Source of the DNA: Camelus ferus
Lineage: Eukaryota
Direction: 5' to 3'
Length of the DNA stretch: 64,000 nt
NCBI RefSeq assembly: GCF_009834535.1
Contig: NC_045696.1
Location: forward strand, 59,522,001 to 59,586,000
Position numbers and translations under genes: made by a program. Positions within the stretch are counted from its first letter, which is position 1; each line of letters starts with the position of its first letter. Of this stretch, positions 1-12,385 are shown one piece after another. Below the pieces are notes generated by a model. It was not told the origin of the DNA. It did not search any database and saw only the letters and a list, made by a program, of their open reading frames with translations.

Positions 1-1410
1 GTTCTATCAAGGAATGGTGCTACGTCAGAAAGATCTCAGGCCAGACTAAAGAAAGAGATTACGCGTGGGGGTCATTAGACAGCAGGGTGGATTTGTGTGT
101 TCGAGCACTTCACTCAACCTTTTCAACTTCCACAGAGACCTTTTCAATGATGAGAGGCCTTATCAACCTGTTTCAGGTTTGGGATGAGGGGCTTGAGGTC
201 AGGGACAGCAAAGATGAATGGGGAGCATGAAAGGAGAAGGAAAGGAAAATAAAGAGCCTTCATTAAGCTTACCCATTATTAATGAACTACCACTGAGCTA
301 ATAGAGCCAAGAGAAAACGCTGTTGCCGAAGAGTATTTATTATCACATGAGAAGATTTGTAACAAAGAACAAAGGTGTGCAAGCCACCTGCCGCCCTGGT
401 CCTTCTTCAGACAGACATTGTGTGAGTCAGAAAAGTTCCCTGTTGGTGCCACGTTATTACCTGATTGTTTTGACACCTCAGACAATTACTAGGAGGTAGC
501 AGTTAAAAATAGCCATGCTCCCCATTGTCTGTGTTTGTGGGAGTTCTCTTTTATCTTGTTTCTTCCTGGGGAGTTTTCTGCCAGCCTAGTAGGGAGCAAC
601 ACACATGGTCATGAATTTTTAATTGGCAATCAGAGATGGGAATGAATATATACAAAATACATGGTGAGAGGAGTCAGCAGGGCCAGGAGACCCCCACAGG
701 TGCCTTTTTGGGGTCAGGTGAGGAAATATTCCCAAGTCAAGTAGGGATAAGGAAAGACCACAGACCTTATTTTTCGCATGCGTGTTGTGGCTTCACAAGC
801 TCTCTTTATTTAAGCCCTGGCTGATGGCCAATGCCCGAGCTCTCTCGTTAGGGCAGATGGGGGCAGTGAGTGCCTGGCTTGGTGGTAGGAAGGTGGGTAG
901 TTATAGGTGACATATATCCTTTGCCCTCTTTGATGAGCACTGTTGCCTTGTTGTGGTTGACAGTGCTGCCCTGGGTCCAGCTCACTCCTGACAGAGGTGC
1001 TTTTGCCTCCTCCCACTCTTGCTCCAGTCTGAGCCATTGCTTCCAGAGAGAAACTCTTGGAAGTACCATGCTGTCCCCTTGGCTTGACTTCATAAGATGA
1101 TGGTGAGGGTTATTAAGGTAGTCCGTGTAAAGTGACTGCATTCATGGGCATTAAGAGTTGGCACAAAAACTGAGTTGGTCCCCAGAATGAAAGTTCTCAG
1201 TTACTGTACCTGCCATCCACTGTAACTTTACATTGCAGGCAAAGACCTCCTTTGGGCCCAAAATGGATGCGTTAGTGTGACCGATGCTAGCCTCTCTCAA
1301 ACTTTTTGTTTTCGGTAGCCTCATCCCCCAAAGACTCCCCCCTGTCAAAGTGCTCCGGGGATGCCTTTTCAGCCCACCCCACTAAGCACTTGCTCTCCCT
1401 TGCTCCCCAG

Positions 1411-1602
1411 AACGCCTATGTCAACATCAACCGCATCATGTCCGTGGCATCCCGCCTCTCAGAGGCCGGCCACTACGCATCACAGCAAATCAAGCAGATT
1501 TCCACGCAGCTAGACCAGGAGTGGAAGAGCTTCGCGGCTGCTCTGGACGAGCGTAGCACCATCCTCGCCATGTCTGCAGTGTTCCATCAGAAGGCCGAGC
1601 AG
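1411..1602 (+). CDS. KALRN: Kalirin coding exon, spectrin-repeat region (~human exon 7), 192 nt, phase 0-0
   Basis: Acceptor tgctccccag|AAC, donor CAG|gtgagg. Encodes NAYVNINRIMSVASRLSEAGHYASQQ...AVFHQKAEQ, recognised as kalirin. Confidence 0.97.
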
Positions 1603-1873
1603 GTGAGGCCAAGGGAGCAGCTGCGGCTGCTGGTGGTGGCAGGCGGAGGGACAGGGGAAGGGCGGGGTGAGAGTTCACACACTGAGGTTGAGTGCCCCTC
1701 TTCTCGTTCTGAAACACCGAAGACCCTGCTGAGTAGTTGTGACAGTAACCCGTGTTCTACCACTTCCATGCCCCTTTTGTATAAAAGAGACGTTGGTAAC
1801 TCTGGGCGGCCTTATCTAACGTCCAAACAGGAAGGAACCCAGAGCTTGTGTACATTCTGCTTAGTAGTTTATT

Positions 1874-1875
<2 letters not shown>

Positions 1876-1911
<36 letters not shown>
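1876..1911. repeat. (GT)n microsatellite, ~18 units
   Basis: Uninterrupted GT run read directly. Confidence 0.97.
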
Positions 1912-1914
<3 letters not shown>

Positions 1915-2089
1915 ACTGCTTAGTTTGCATCCTATGAGCATAGACCAAAGGGGTGAAAGTAAACTGATCATTGAGTGCTAAGAGCAGGGGGAAGCTAATT
2001 TTACATGAAGTACTTGCTGTGGATAATAATGATGTAATAATAATACAAGGGACAGAAATAATAATTATCTGTTGCCATATGCTTACTGA

Positions 2090-3110
2090 CATTGGGCAGT
2101 GACATTACTAACTCGTTTTATAGAGAGGAGCAAGGAAGCTCAGAGAGATTAAGTGACCTACCTAAGATCCAGTGGCGTGTTGGAGCTGACTAACCAGCTT
2201 AAGGAGAGCCAGTTGTTAAATTTTCAAGAATTTTACAAGCTGGTTGTTAAACATAGATATTACTTTATATAAGTTTATAGTAAATATATCATATTAAAAA
2301 TAAAGATAATAAATACTCAGAACATCATTTTCAATTATTTTGCTACATTTTATTATTTTCTGTGTTCTTGAGATTATTTCCATCTATTTGTGTCTATGGT
2401 GGAAATACACACTTGTGTGATACTGATCACCTCTTCCCGACTCCACATTTGGTGTTGTCGCATTGATAGCTTGAAATAGACCAAGGTAGAAGTTTTTACA
2501 CCATGGAAATCATTAAGTTTTACAGACTAGGGCTTGATCTGATGTTTTATTGTTTGGTTGTCTAGAGTCTTGAGAAAATATTTTAAAATGCAGATTAAAC
2601 TTTAAAATGTGTCCCTCCTATAGCTGTTACATCAAGAATAGCACACAAAATTAAGGAAATATTCTTTTGATATTCAAAAACTATCATTCCATTCAGCAAA
2701 GAAGTCACTTACAATCGCTGATGAATGAATAACGTTCTGACATAAGTCTCCAGGTACTTTTTCACTTTTGTGTTACACCTTAACGGAGTGAAAATGTCAG
2801 CAGCTTTTGTGTTGGAACTATATGTTTGTCATTTGGAAACAAAAGCATCTGTGAGAATCGGTTACATGGAGTTTATCATAAGAAGCATTCTATATGTTAT
2901 TATTCTTTGTAAATTATGTGCTACGCACCTTTTATGTCAGTAAAATTTATAACACGTGTGTATATACATACACACATACACACATATATTCGTATATATG
3001 CTGCTTATTAAACATTTATTAATACACCGCTGAGAAAGTCACATATTCATCTATGGGCAGCTGGATTTCAACCCAGATGTGTCTAACATTAAAGCCTGTG
3101 GTCTTAACGT
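2090..3110 (-). mobile_element. MIR SINE split by a MER63 insertion (halves ~2090-2169 and ~3033-3110)
   Basis: MIR core 'gctcagagagattaagtgacctacctaagatc' resumes as 'gtcacata...ggatttcaacccag' after the insert. Confidence 0.7.
2170..3032. mobile_element. MER63-like (hAT-Blackjack) non-autonomous DNA transposon, near full length
   Basis: Imperfect TIRs cagtggcgtgtt / aatacaccgctg; subterminal 'agccagttgttaaa' motifs; body resembles MER63D as recalled. Confidence 0.75.
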
Positions 3111-3214
3111 CTACATTTCTTTCTTTGTATGACATTTGGGTAGCTCACAGATAATACAGAGTCAGACACAAGGTCATACCTTTAATCTCTTCCTCTATTA
3201 CCAACCTAATGTGG

Positions 3215-3405
3215 AAGGCAGCCTGGGGTAATTGAAAGAGTCTAGGCTTTGATACTAGACACAGGTAAGTTCTAATTACTAACTCTTTCGGCAAGTCACC
3301 TCACCATTCTGAGCTTGTTTCCTCATCTCTAACATGAGGATAACCATAAATCTTGCAGCACTGTTATAAGAATTAGAGATGGAGCACATAAGGTGCCTAG
3401 AATGT
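3215..3405 (+). mobile_element. MIR SINE
   Basis: 'ggcaagtcacctcaccattctgagcttgtttcctcatctctaacatgaggataac' core. Confidence 0.75.
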
Positions 3406-5255
3406 TTTTTAAATGGTTGACAGTACTACCGTAGGCATTTGTTCAACATACCTGTCCTGGTATCTTTGTATTTCCTTCACCTGTGTCTGTTTCCATCTGA
3501 GACCTTCCAGAGACTGAAATACTTGTGTCATAAGTCAAGAGCAGCCCTGCACATTGAGAGGGAGCTAGCCTTTCTTTTTCTTTTAAGATGATGATGGTCA
3601 TGACTGATAGCAACTGACAGTGAGTGCATTCTTAGGACCACGACAATATTCACGTCAGATCTGCTGTTCTCTCTTCAATCCTATCACCTGCACACTTTGT
3701 TCAAGATTTCTCCAGATTGGCAAGGGAGACTCAGTGCTTCCCTCTGTGTCTCTCTGTCTGTCTCTCCTTGAGATGACCATTTTGTGGCATCTGCTATAGG
3801 ACTCTTGTTGGAATACTACAGGGAAACCCCAAGGGCCTTGAAGAGGTGCTTCCTCCATGACTGACATAAATGTCAAGTTACTTTCCAGTTCCTTTGTAAA
3901 ATGATTACTGATGGACCAAAGCAGCTTCTGAGATATTAGCAAGTACATGCAATCTAATACTGAGTGTCACCCAGCACTCTTCCAGAATTGTTAGGAGATG
4001 GCTTAATGGGATAAAAATCATACAGAATGAAAAATCGACTGTAACAGCTGACTGGCTAAGGACTGAAAGCAGACAATGATACCAAGACTAGAACTCAAGC
4101 AGTTGCAGAAATGCGGTACCCGAATTGGGAGTAACTGAAGGAGTCAACTTCTATTTGCTATTTCCTGACTTGGATTAGTTTGGATTAGAAGCAATTTTAT
4201 TTGTATCTATTTTTTAATGCAATTATCAGGTATTACCAGTGCTTCAGGGAAACTCATAAACCACGCTTCTTTTTAGCTGGCAACAACACACACACACACA
4301 CACCAAAGGATGGATTCAAGGCTATTTTTTCAGTGCATTTATTTAGGCAGCTCTTTATTGTCCTCAGATGGGCTGTTCTAGGCAATGAGATAAAAAGGTA
4401 TTTAGGCAATTAATTTAAGTGGAGCTGTGCATCCAGGCAAGAGGAATCGCAGACAGCACCATTCCAGACTGTTGGGTGAAAGATTATTTGCATTTTAGAG
4501 GTGTATTTTCCACTCAGTAAATCTGAGTGATTTCAGTTAGCTCACCCTTTGTGCATGGAGACCCATCATCTTCCATAGTTGTTAATTTTAATTTTTAAAT
4601 AATTTAATGTCTGTCAAGATCTATATCTATATATCATGTCCCAGGAGCCACTACAGGCATAGTACAGTCTGTCCCCCAAAGTTGCCCCTCCCCACCTCCA
4701 CCGCTAGGGACTGAGCCAGCAGCAGGGATCCTGTTGAGGGTTAATCTTCATTCCCTGAGGGAATGGTCTCTGTGAGTTCCCTGGGGTGTCTGATGGGCCT
4801 GTATGAGGTGTTCTTTGCTCCTCTTCACAGCTTGATGTACACACTATAAAGTGCACGTGTGGAAACATCCCATTTCATTGCATCCTGTGAGTGTGCACAG
4901 GCCAAGAAGCTCTCATGTACACATGTAATGCAGTGAACTATTTGCATACCTATAGTTTATAGTCAGTGTGTGGATGTAACCTGTTGAACATACGCACACT
5001 CCCACCCCCAGCAGTTTCGTAATAGTCATCTTTGTTTGTGGAAACTACACTTCTTAAACAGGCATTGGGTCTGATTTCTTAATGGGGTTGGTGTTCGTAG
5101 AATTAAAGCAAAAGCTCCACCCTCTGCATTGGTCTCTAAGGCTCCCTGAGGTTCCAGTGCTTCTTCCGAGGGCATCTGACCATCTCCATGTAATCCGCCC
5201 ATCGCCCTACCCTGGTGCTCCCACACTGACCCAGCTGACTGGCTTTTCCTTCCAG

Positions 5256-5387
5256 TTCCTGTCGGGAGTGGACGCCTGGTGTAAGATGTGCAGTGAAGGT
5301 GGCCTGCCGTCCGAGATGCAGGACCTGGAGCTGGCGATCCACCACCACCAGTCCTTGTATGAGCAGGTGACCCAGGCCTACACAGAG
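5256..5387 (+). CDS. KALRN: Kalirin coding exon (~exon 8), 132 nt, phase 0-0
   Basis: Acceptor cttttccttccag|TTC, donor GAG|gtgaga. Encodes FLSGVDAWCKMCSEGGLPSEMQDLELAIHHHQSLYEQVTQAYTE, in frame with neighbouring exons. Confidence 0.97.
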
Positions 5388-6040
5388 GTGAGAACCAAGG
5401 GGGTCCTGGCTGTGCATGGGTGGATGGGCGGCAGAACCGCTGGCCTGTGTGCTGTGAAATAGCCTGGGTCAGCCTAAAAAGAAGAGAGGCCGTTTCCTTT
5501 TGGAGACAGCACTAAGATCTTTCATCTGTGAATGATGGTGTCTCCAGCCAGGAAGCAAAAAGATGCGGCCATCAGCAGGTACTGCCTTGGTGAGCATGCA
5601 TACACCTGCATCCCTACCCCCACAACATGCGAAGGTGGGACTCTCTCCTCTGAGGGAGGACTGTGAGGAAACAAGGTCGTGCTGCTCTGGAGTTGCTTTC
5701 TGGCTGGTGTACGGGCATGCACACACCAGTCCAACCACCCCTTTTATGAAGCAGCTCCTCAAAAAATACTAATTTTCTCAGAGGACAGCTCACTATGGGG
5801 TAGAGATAAGTGTTTGCAAGAGCGAGAAGCTGCTGTGAAAGTGAAGGACAGACTAAAAGGCTCTTCTGCTGAAAATTCAGCGGCAGGAAGCATGGCACAA
5901 GTTAAGAGGGGGGAAAACTTCCTTTCAAAGTAAAAGGAGAGGGGCATATAGCTGCATCTGTGTGGATAGACACAGGTAAGCAAGCTCGTTGAGTGGCGTG
6001 AACTCTGAGGGAGGGGCTGAGGGATGTGAGGAAGCTGGAT

Positions 6041-6149
6041 GGGGGCGCGGCCACGATGGCGGAGTAGAAGGACGCTCGTAGCTCACCCTCTCCCACAAAT
6101 ACACCGAGAGACATCCACAGACCTACCCGCTCAACTCAGAACACCTGCT
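6041..6149 (+). mobile_element. Isolated L1 5'UTR head fragment
   Basis: 'gggggcgcggccacgatggcggagtagaaggacgc...gctcaccctctcccacaaatacacc' resembles laurasiatherian L1 5' termini, with a YY1-type GATGGCGG; CpG-rich. Confidence 0.65.
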
Positions 6150-6220
6150 CTAGAATCTACATTTTAATAAATATTGCCCCACTTGAGTCTGGTCGCATGT
6201 TGAAGTCGAAGAACCAATGC
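6150..6220. mobile_element. MER5-like hAT-Charlie terminal fragment
   Basis: 'gaatctacattttaataa...gaagtcgaagaaccaatg' resembles a MER5A end. Confidence 0.5.
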
Positions 6221-6239
6221 TTCTGGGTGAGAGAAAGAG

Positions 6240-6450
6240 TTTTTGCCAAGTCAAAACCCAAGTTTGAGTCCTAGCTCCGCACTTTCCTGCGTGACCTCGG
6301 GCAGGTCACTCAACCGCTGAAAGCCTCAATTTCTTCATCTGTAAAATGAAGGTGATAACACCTGCCTGTAGTTTTAAGGGCTGTAAAGATAATTCATATA
6401 ATGCTCTTGGCCCAGTGCCTGAAGATAATAAGTACTAAAAAATGGTAATA
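6240..6450 (+). mobile_element. MIR SINE
   Basis: 'gtgacctcgggcaggtcactcaaccgctgaaagcctcaatttcttcatctgtaaaatg'. Confidence 0.85.
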
Positions 6451-7829
6451 GGTTTTGTCATTATAGGAAGCAGAGAGGAGGGTTTGTGAGCCAAATCTGA
6501 TCTCATCAGCTCTGATGCACATGGCCCAAGGCTTTCTGAGGCCCCTTGCCTCTACCTGGGGGTCAAGACTCTCTAAATCTACTCTTTGTAAATACAAAAA
6601 TAGAGCATACAAATGAGATTAATATTATACTTACATATTTCACACTTATGGAGTGTGAGTGTAATTATATAGAGAGACACAGTTTTTCTCCCACTTAATT
6701 CTCAGGCTCTAGCACTGCAGGACATTGACACTCCCTCCAAGCCCCCTTCAGAGGTCAGTGGGCTGTTCCTGCCTCCCCCACATGTAGACTGAGGCAGAGG
6801 AATGAAACTCTGGGTGACTTGGATTTGAAGACTTGGCCTTCCATCTCGAACCACCCTGCCCTGGACATAGCACAGTGCCCAAAGGCAGCATCTGCTCAGA
6901 ATTCCCTGAAGAGAGCTCTCTCGGTTATGGCCACGGGATGTGCGTCTTCTTCATATCTCTGGAGGGCATTACTTCTGTGTTATTTGTGAGGTACTTCCTC
7001 TCCCCTTCCTTGGCAGGACAGCATGGGCAGCAGGCAGGGTGAGATGGGGTGGACAGAGGTAGTCACCTACTCTGACTGTATTCCTCCAGCCAGGTTTCCT
7101 TTCCTGTTTCAGCTGTGTTCTCCACTGGTGCTCTTCTTACTCATACCCCAGCCCAACTCACACTTCTGTGGCTCTGTCAAGGGGGGAGTAACAGCTGCCT
7201 CTGTATTCCTGAACACCCACCCCCCAGCCAAGCTATTATCAAGATGTGCAGCTGGGGTGAAGGCAGGGTGTGAGCCCAGCAAATAGCTCCCCATTCATCA
7301 TCACAAGGCTGGAGGTGGAAGCACACCTCCTTTCCTACTTGCTGGAAAGGAGACCATTCCAACTCCGAACCAACTTTTATTTCATTATTCACCAAATTAA
7401 TTTGGGGTCTAAGTTTCCTATCAGTTCCCTAGACACCCCTGTTTTAAATTAGAAAGACACATGCTCTGCTGGATACTCTGCCAAGGACTAGAGAGCCACA
7501 GGTGTCAATCAAATGATGCCATTTTCTAGAGATATTGCCAGGATTCCAGTGAGGAATGACAGGGAATGTCACCCCCACCGGTTTCAGCACTGACGGTGAG
7601 TGTTGGGAAACCCAGGAGCATGGATGTTATGTTTATAATCTAAGGGTCCGTCCCTTACCCTGCATGTTCCGGAAAGACAGGGATGTTAACAATTTCAGGA
7701 GAAAAAAAAAAAAAGGTGGTTCTATTAAAGGAGAGCAAAACAAAGATAAATAGAAAAGAAAATGACAATGAAATGAAGAAGACAGGATAGAGACATGATG
7801 ATGATGATAAGGGTTGAATTGGTACTCTG

Positions 7830-8005
7830 GTACCAATACTACATGCTGGGCCCTATCCTAAGAGCTCTGCATGTGTTAACTCGTTCAATCCTCACCACAA
7901 CTCTGAGGTACGGACCATTACTGTCCCTATTTCACAGACAAGGAAACTGAGGCCTGAAGAGGTCAAGTAATATAACTCTTGCCTCTGGTCACATACCTAG
8001 AAGTT
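7830..8005 (-). mobile_element. MIR SINE
   Basis: 'ccctatttcacagacaaggaaactgaggcctgaagaggtcaagtaa'. Confidence 0.8.
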
Positions 8006-8436
8006 TAGAGGTAGGTCAAGGAAGGTAAAGAAGGAAGAGGGAGAGAGGTTTATGGTATCAATTTTATTTCTGAAATGAAATTCTGCTGCTGAGCTAGTCA
8101 GTGAGCCAGTCAGAATATTTATCAAGTATCAAATGTCAGGTACAGTCCTAGGTGTTGGGGAGAGATAAGGCAGGGTCAAGAGGCACTGATTTGAGGTCTC
8201 GTAGACCACTGGCTGCTGCTCCCGCAACTCCTCTCCCATAGGATCCAGGACTCTCCGCCCTCCCTAGGTGCAGGCTGGGGACCTGGCAGCTCTCGCTAGC
8301 ACAGTCCTTGGTTGTCATGGGTCTAGATAGCACTGAGGTTCTCAGTCCTGATCAGGGACCCTCCACAGCCTCTCATGCCCTCTCTGTGCCCCTCACCCCT
8401 CTGCTCCCTTGACTTGACCTTCTTTCCCTCTTGCAG

Positions 8437-8667
8437 GTCAGCCAGGATGGCAAAGCGCTGCTGGATGTGCTGCAGCGTCCCCTAAGTCCTGGGAACTCCG
8501 AGTCCCTCACGGCCACAGCCAACTACTCCAAGGCAGTGCACCAGGTGCTGGACGTGGTGCACGAGGTGCTGCACCACCAGCGGCGGCTCGAGAGCATCTG
8601 GCAGCACCGCAAGGTGCGGCTCCACCAGCGGCTGCAGCTCTGCGTCTTCCAGCAAGATGTCCAGCAG
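8437..8667 (+). CDS. KALRN: Kalirin coding exon (~exon 9), 231 nt, phase 0-0
   Basis: Acceptor tctttccctcttgcag|GTC, donor CAG|gtgaga. Encodes VSQDGKALLDVLQRPLSPGNSESL...RLQLCVFQQDVQQ. Confidence 0.97.
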
Positions 8668-9569
8668 GTGAGAGACCGCTTCCCTGCACCTGGCATCCGT
8701 CACAGGCAGGCAGACAGCTGGAGTCCCTGACCTAGGTGATGAGGCCTGGGAACGCCTGCATTGTGGAGGGAAGAGGGCAATTCAGTCCCACCTGCTCCCT
8801 CCCACCCCGCACCACCTGGACTTGTTTATGGATGCTTCTCACCTAAGCAGCTGTACAGACCAGGCTTTCTCACTCTCTGCTGTTGGGAAGGGGGACTCAA
8901 TCTAAGAAATAGCAATTCCTTGTAATCACATGACATTGTTTTCTTTGGAAGAAGCTTGACCCTCCCTCAGTCATGAGCTTTCTGGACGACTCCAGTATCC
9001 GGGGAAGGGGGGATATCTTAGTGCTGCCAGGGCTGGACCACACATAGAGTGAGCTCACTTCTCAATCAGAGATACAGATGGCCTGTTAGAGTTGGGGTGT
9101 GATGGGGTACAGGGCCTGTGGGGAATTCTTTGGTGAGACAGGACTTGGGAAATCAGATTTAAAACATGGACTGTAGATAACTGTATATTCCATGATTAGG
9201 GATTATTTCTAGCCTAATCTGTTTTTGCATTGTTAGTACAGTCAGAGCTTTTTCCTTTACCACAAATCATAAAGAAATGGTTATGTTTCTAACTATAAAA
9301 GGACAGCCTTGCCACAGTTGCCCTTTTGGATGAAATGACCCATTCTTTTCTCCTCATACTTCCTTTGTTTCCCTGGGGACCCTGGGAGCTTTTCTCTGAG
9401 GACTGATGAGCTAAGAGGGGAAGCTGGTTGGGAGCTGGAGACTGAACTTAAGATTGAGCATCACCTCCCTGCTAGTTCTCTGTGAGAGGCAGGGGTGGGG
9501 GCACTCGTGTTATCAGACTTTTCTGGCCACCACATAATTTCAAGATCATACATGTAAAATAACTCCAGA

Positions 9570-9760
9570 TAAGAACATGGGCTCTGGAATCAGACAGCCT
9601 GAGTTTAAATACTGCTCTGTCAAGTCTTGGCCTGTGACCTTGGGCAAGTGACTTCACTCCTTGTGCTTCAGTTTCCTTACCCCTAAAATAGGACCCATCA
9701 TGTACCTGTCTCATTGGACTAATGAGGTGTAAGCACAGCACCTGCCTACTGTGTAGGAGA
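9570..9760 (+). mobile_element. MIR SINE
   Basis: 'tgtgaccttgggcaagtgacttcactccttgtgcttcagtttcc'. Confidence 0.85.
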
Positions 9761-9939
9761 TCCTCCAGCAGTGTTATCTGGGTTTAGTCACATCCTCTTG
9801 AGTGGTACTCGGGTGTCCCCTGGTGCTTGTGCTGTTGGGAACCCAGCATGATTTTCCTGTCTCCACAACAGCAATTACTTCGTGGATCTGCTGAGTTCCA
9901 TTTCATTCAGTGATAAAATCTCAGCACTGCCAGGGACGT

Positions 9940-10080
9940 GGAAGAGCATCCAGTCTAACCTACTATAGGGTCGTGGAAATTGAGGCCCAGAGATGTAAAG
10001 TAACATGGCCATAACCATGCAGCTAGTTAGTGGTAGTGCCGGGCCCAGAAGCTACATCTTCTGACTCCCAGTCCGGGTGT
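9940..10080 (-). mobile_element. MIR SINE fragment
   Basis: 'ggaaattgaggcccagagatgtaaagtaacatggcc...gctagttagtgg'. Confidence 0.7.
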
Positions 10081-10094
10081 CCTACAGAAAAGCC

Positions 10095-10390
10095 ACATGA
10101 GAGAGGAGCAGGCAGACAGAGGAGGAGAATGGAGAGACAGGGAGCACACATGCACACTTACATAGAGAGGGGACAGACAGACAGACACACACACACCCCA
10201 AAACAGACAGAGAGAGGGAGAGACAGAGACAGACAATGGGGGAAGGGAAAGAGAAGAGAGATTTAAGGACAGAATGCAGAGAAACAGACACACACCAGCT
10301 GGAAGGAGAAAGGGAAAGAGGAGGGTACGGGGATAGACAGAAGAGAAAGAGACAGGGCCTCCTGCTAGCAGAGGGAGAGGGCAGAGTGAG
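10095..10390 (+). repeat. GA/GACA-rich low-complexity purine tract
   Basis: Degenerate (GAGA/GACA)n, strongly T-depleted on the + strand. Confidence 0.8.
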
Positions 10391-12229
10391 CCTGCCTCTC
10401 CCCACCTGACTCCTTGTTTGCTGCCATTTCTGGGCATGGCCTTTGCCCAAATAGGAATACCTTGACCCAAAGCACAGTAGAGAAGTTGAAACCAAAGATA
10501 GACACTAGTGAAAAAAGATTCCATTTAAACATCTGCAGCTAAAATTGGCCTGACACATCATCTCTGTGTAGATGTCCCTTGGGTGCCAACAGGTGTACAC
10601 TTAGCATTCTCTTCCCCCCTGGGCTTGAGGACAGTGGAAATAAGTCACCCTAAGGATCAAACTGGGACTTGGGTTCATTAAGCTGCAGAAGGACATAGAC
10701 GGGCCCACCTGCCATTGATTGCTGGTGGAATAATTTTCGGTGCTATTGTTTTTCCAGTTTGGAGTGGGACAGTACTGACCAACAGCCAAAAGAGCTGTTG
10801 CCAACCTTTAACTTTCCGTTATTCTCTCCTAACTCCTGCGGCTTCCCAGGGGAGTAAAGGACTCCTTCCAAGACCAGGTAGAGCTGACTTTGTCGTGAGA
10901 AGAACAGGGAGTAGCTAGAGTCTTGATCTTTCTGGTATATGCAAACTCCATTCCATTTTTTCATAGCCAGAGTAAGTGTTTTGAGCACTCTACAGGCCCT
11001 CTTTTTCTGCCTCCCTTTCCTCTTCTTCCTCTGTGTTGTGCAAGAATACATTGATAAAGTGTTTTTGAACAACTACTGTGTGCGAGGCCCTGTGCTAAGA
11101 ACTTGAGATTGCTGGCCAGAGAGGAGACATCTACACTTGAGGATGTCTGGATGGCACATGGCTATCTGGGCTCAGGGACAAAGAGCGAGACAACAATGGG
11201 CTGGCGGAGTCAGAGCAGAGAAAGTTCCCTGCAGTTGGGGTGGGATTTGGACTGGTCCTTGGATTCAGGCAGAAGAGATGGGGATGGTGTTCCTGGGGAA
11301 GGCCAGGAAGCAAAGAATAAGTTATAGTAGCCAGAGGAAAGGGAGGAGGAGGAAGAGGAAATAAAACTGGGTGCTTGCTCTTGGCAGGAGTAATGGGAGG
11401 TCAGGCTGGAAGGGTTAGGAGTGGTCTTGGTGGTATGGGTGGGACGTGACCCATTGGAGGCTCCAATACTCTCTCTTAAAAGCAATGTGTTTTGCTTTGA
11501 AGTGATCCAAAGGTGAGCTAGGGAGGGGCAGTGATGACAGAATTTGTCTGGCTCAGTGACTTAGCATTCTGAATGAACATATTAATATTAAAGTCCATAG
11601 TTCTTGTACTACAAATGAATCTCACCTGTTTCTATCAGGTTTTTCTAGAGCCTCATGGGGGAAAGTTATAGCTTTTACTGTCAGCTCTTGCCTGCCAAAG
11701 GATGTGTAAAAAGGATTCAAGAGTAATTTTTAAAACTCCAGATATTCAGTCCTTTACTAGCTATAGTGACTACAGCCCCTTAATTGTATTAAACCAGTTT
11801 GGGCATCATATACTCCAGTGGACAGCTTTGCATAGTAAAAGGTGAGCACTTTGGGTTACAAACAGCATGCTTAGAAAAAGGTGACTGGAATGATGATGGG
11901 TTGGGAAATGAACTCTTCCTGTAAGAAGGAAAGATTAAAGCATCCGAGAAGGAAAATGCTCAGGGTATAGTCTCAGATAGATGGGGGAACACACACAAAG
12001 GGGAGCCATCCTCAAAATCTGAAATGCTGACTAGTTAGTTCCTTGGTGGGTATGTTGGGGCGGAGATTCAAACATCAGAGGGATGGTTGGATTCCAACCC
12101 TGAGGTTTGGTTACTGGGATTAAATGTGTCTATAAAAGTTTTATTGTTCATAGCTCAGGATTCATCATCTTTGTGAGTAATTGAGCTTCTAATTCCTTTA
12201 CTTATCTTTTCTTGTTTAATCATCCAACA

Positions 12230-12385
12230 CTATGAAGCATGTGATAGTCTGGTGCCCACCTTACTGGTGAGGAAACTGAGTTTTAGAAAGGTTAAGTAAA
12301 CTTGTGCAAGGTCACACAGCTAGTGGCAGAGGAAGGATTCCAACCCACGTTTGCCTCATCTCGAGGTCTATGCTCTTAGCCTTTC
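12230..12385 (-). mobile_element. MIR SINE
   Basis: 'gaggaaactgagttttagaaaggttaagtaaacttgtgcaaggtcacacagctagtggcag'. Confidence 0.85.

Noticed and set aside
1306..1923. 205-aa ORF as a standalone gene
   Set aside because: It is the 192-nt exon plus intron read-through ending in the (GT)n repeat.
10027..10524. Overlapping 137-165 aa ORFs
   Set aside because: Low-complexity translation of the GA-rich tract.
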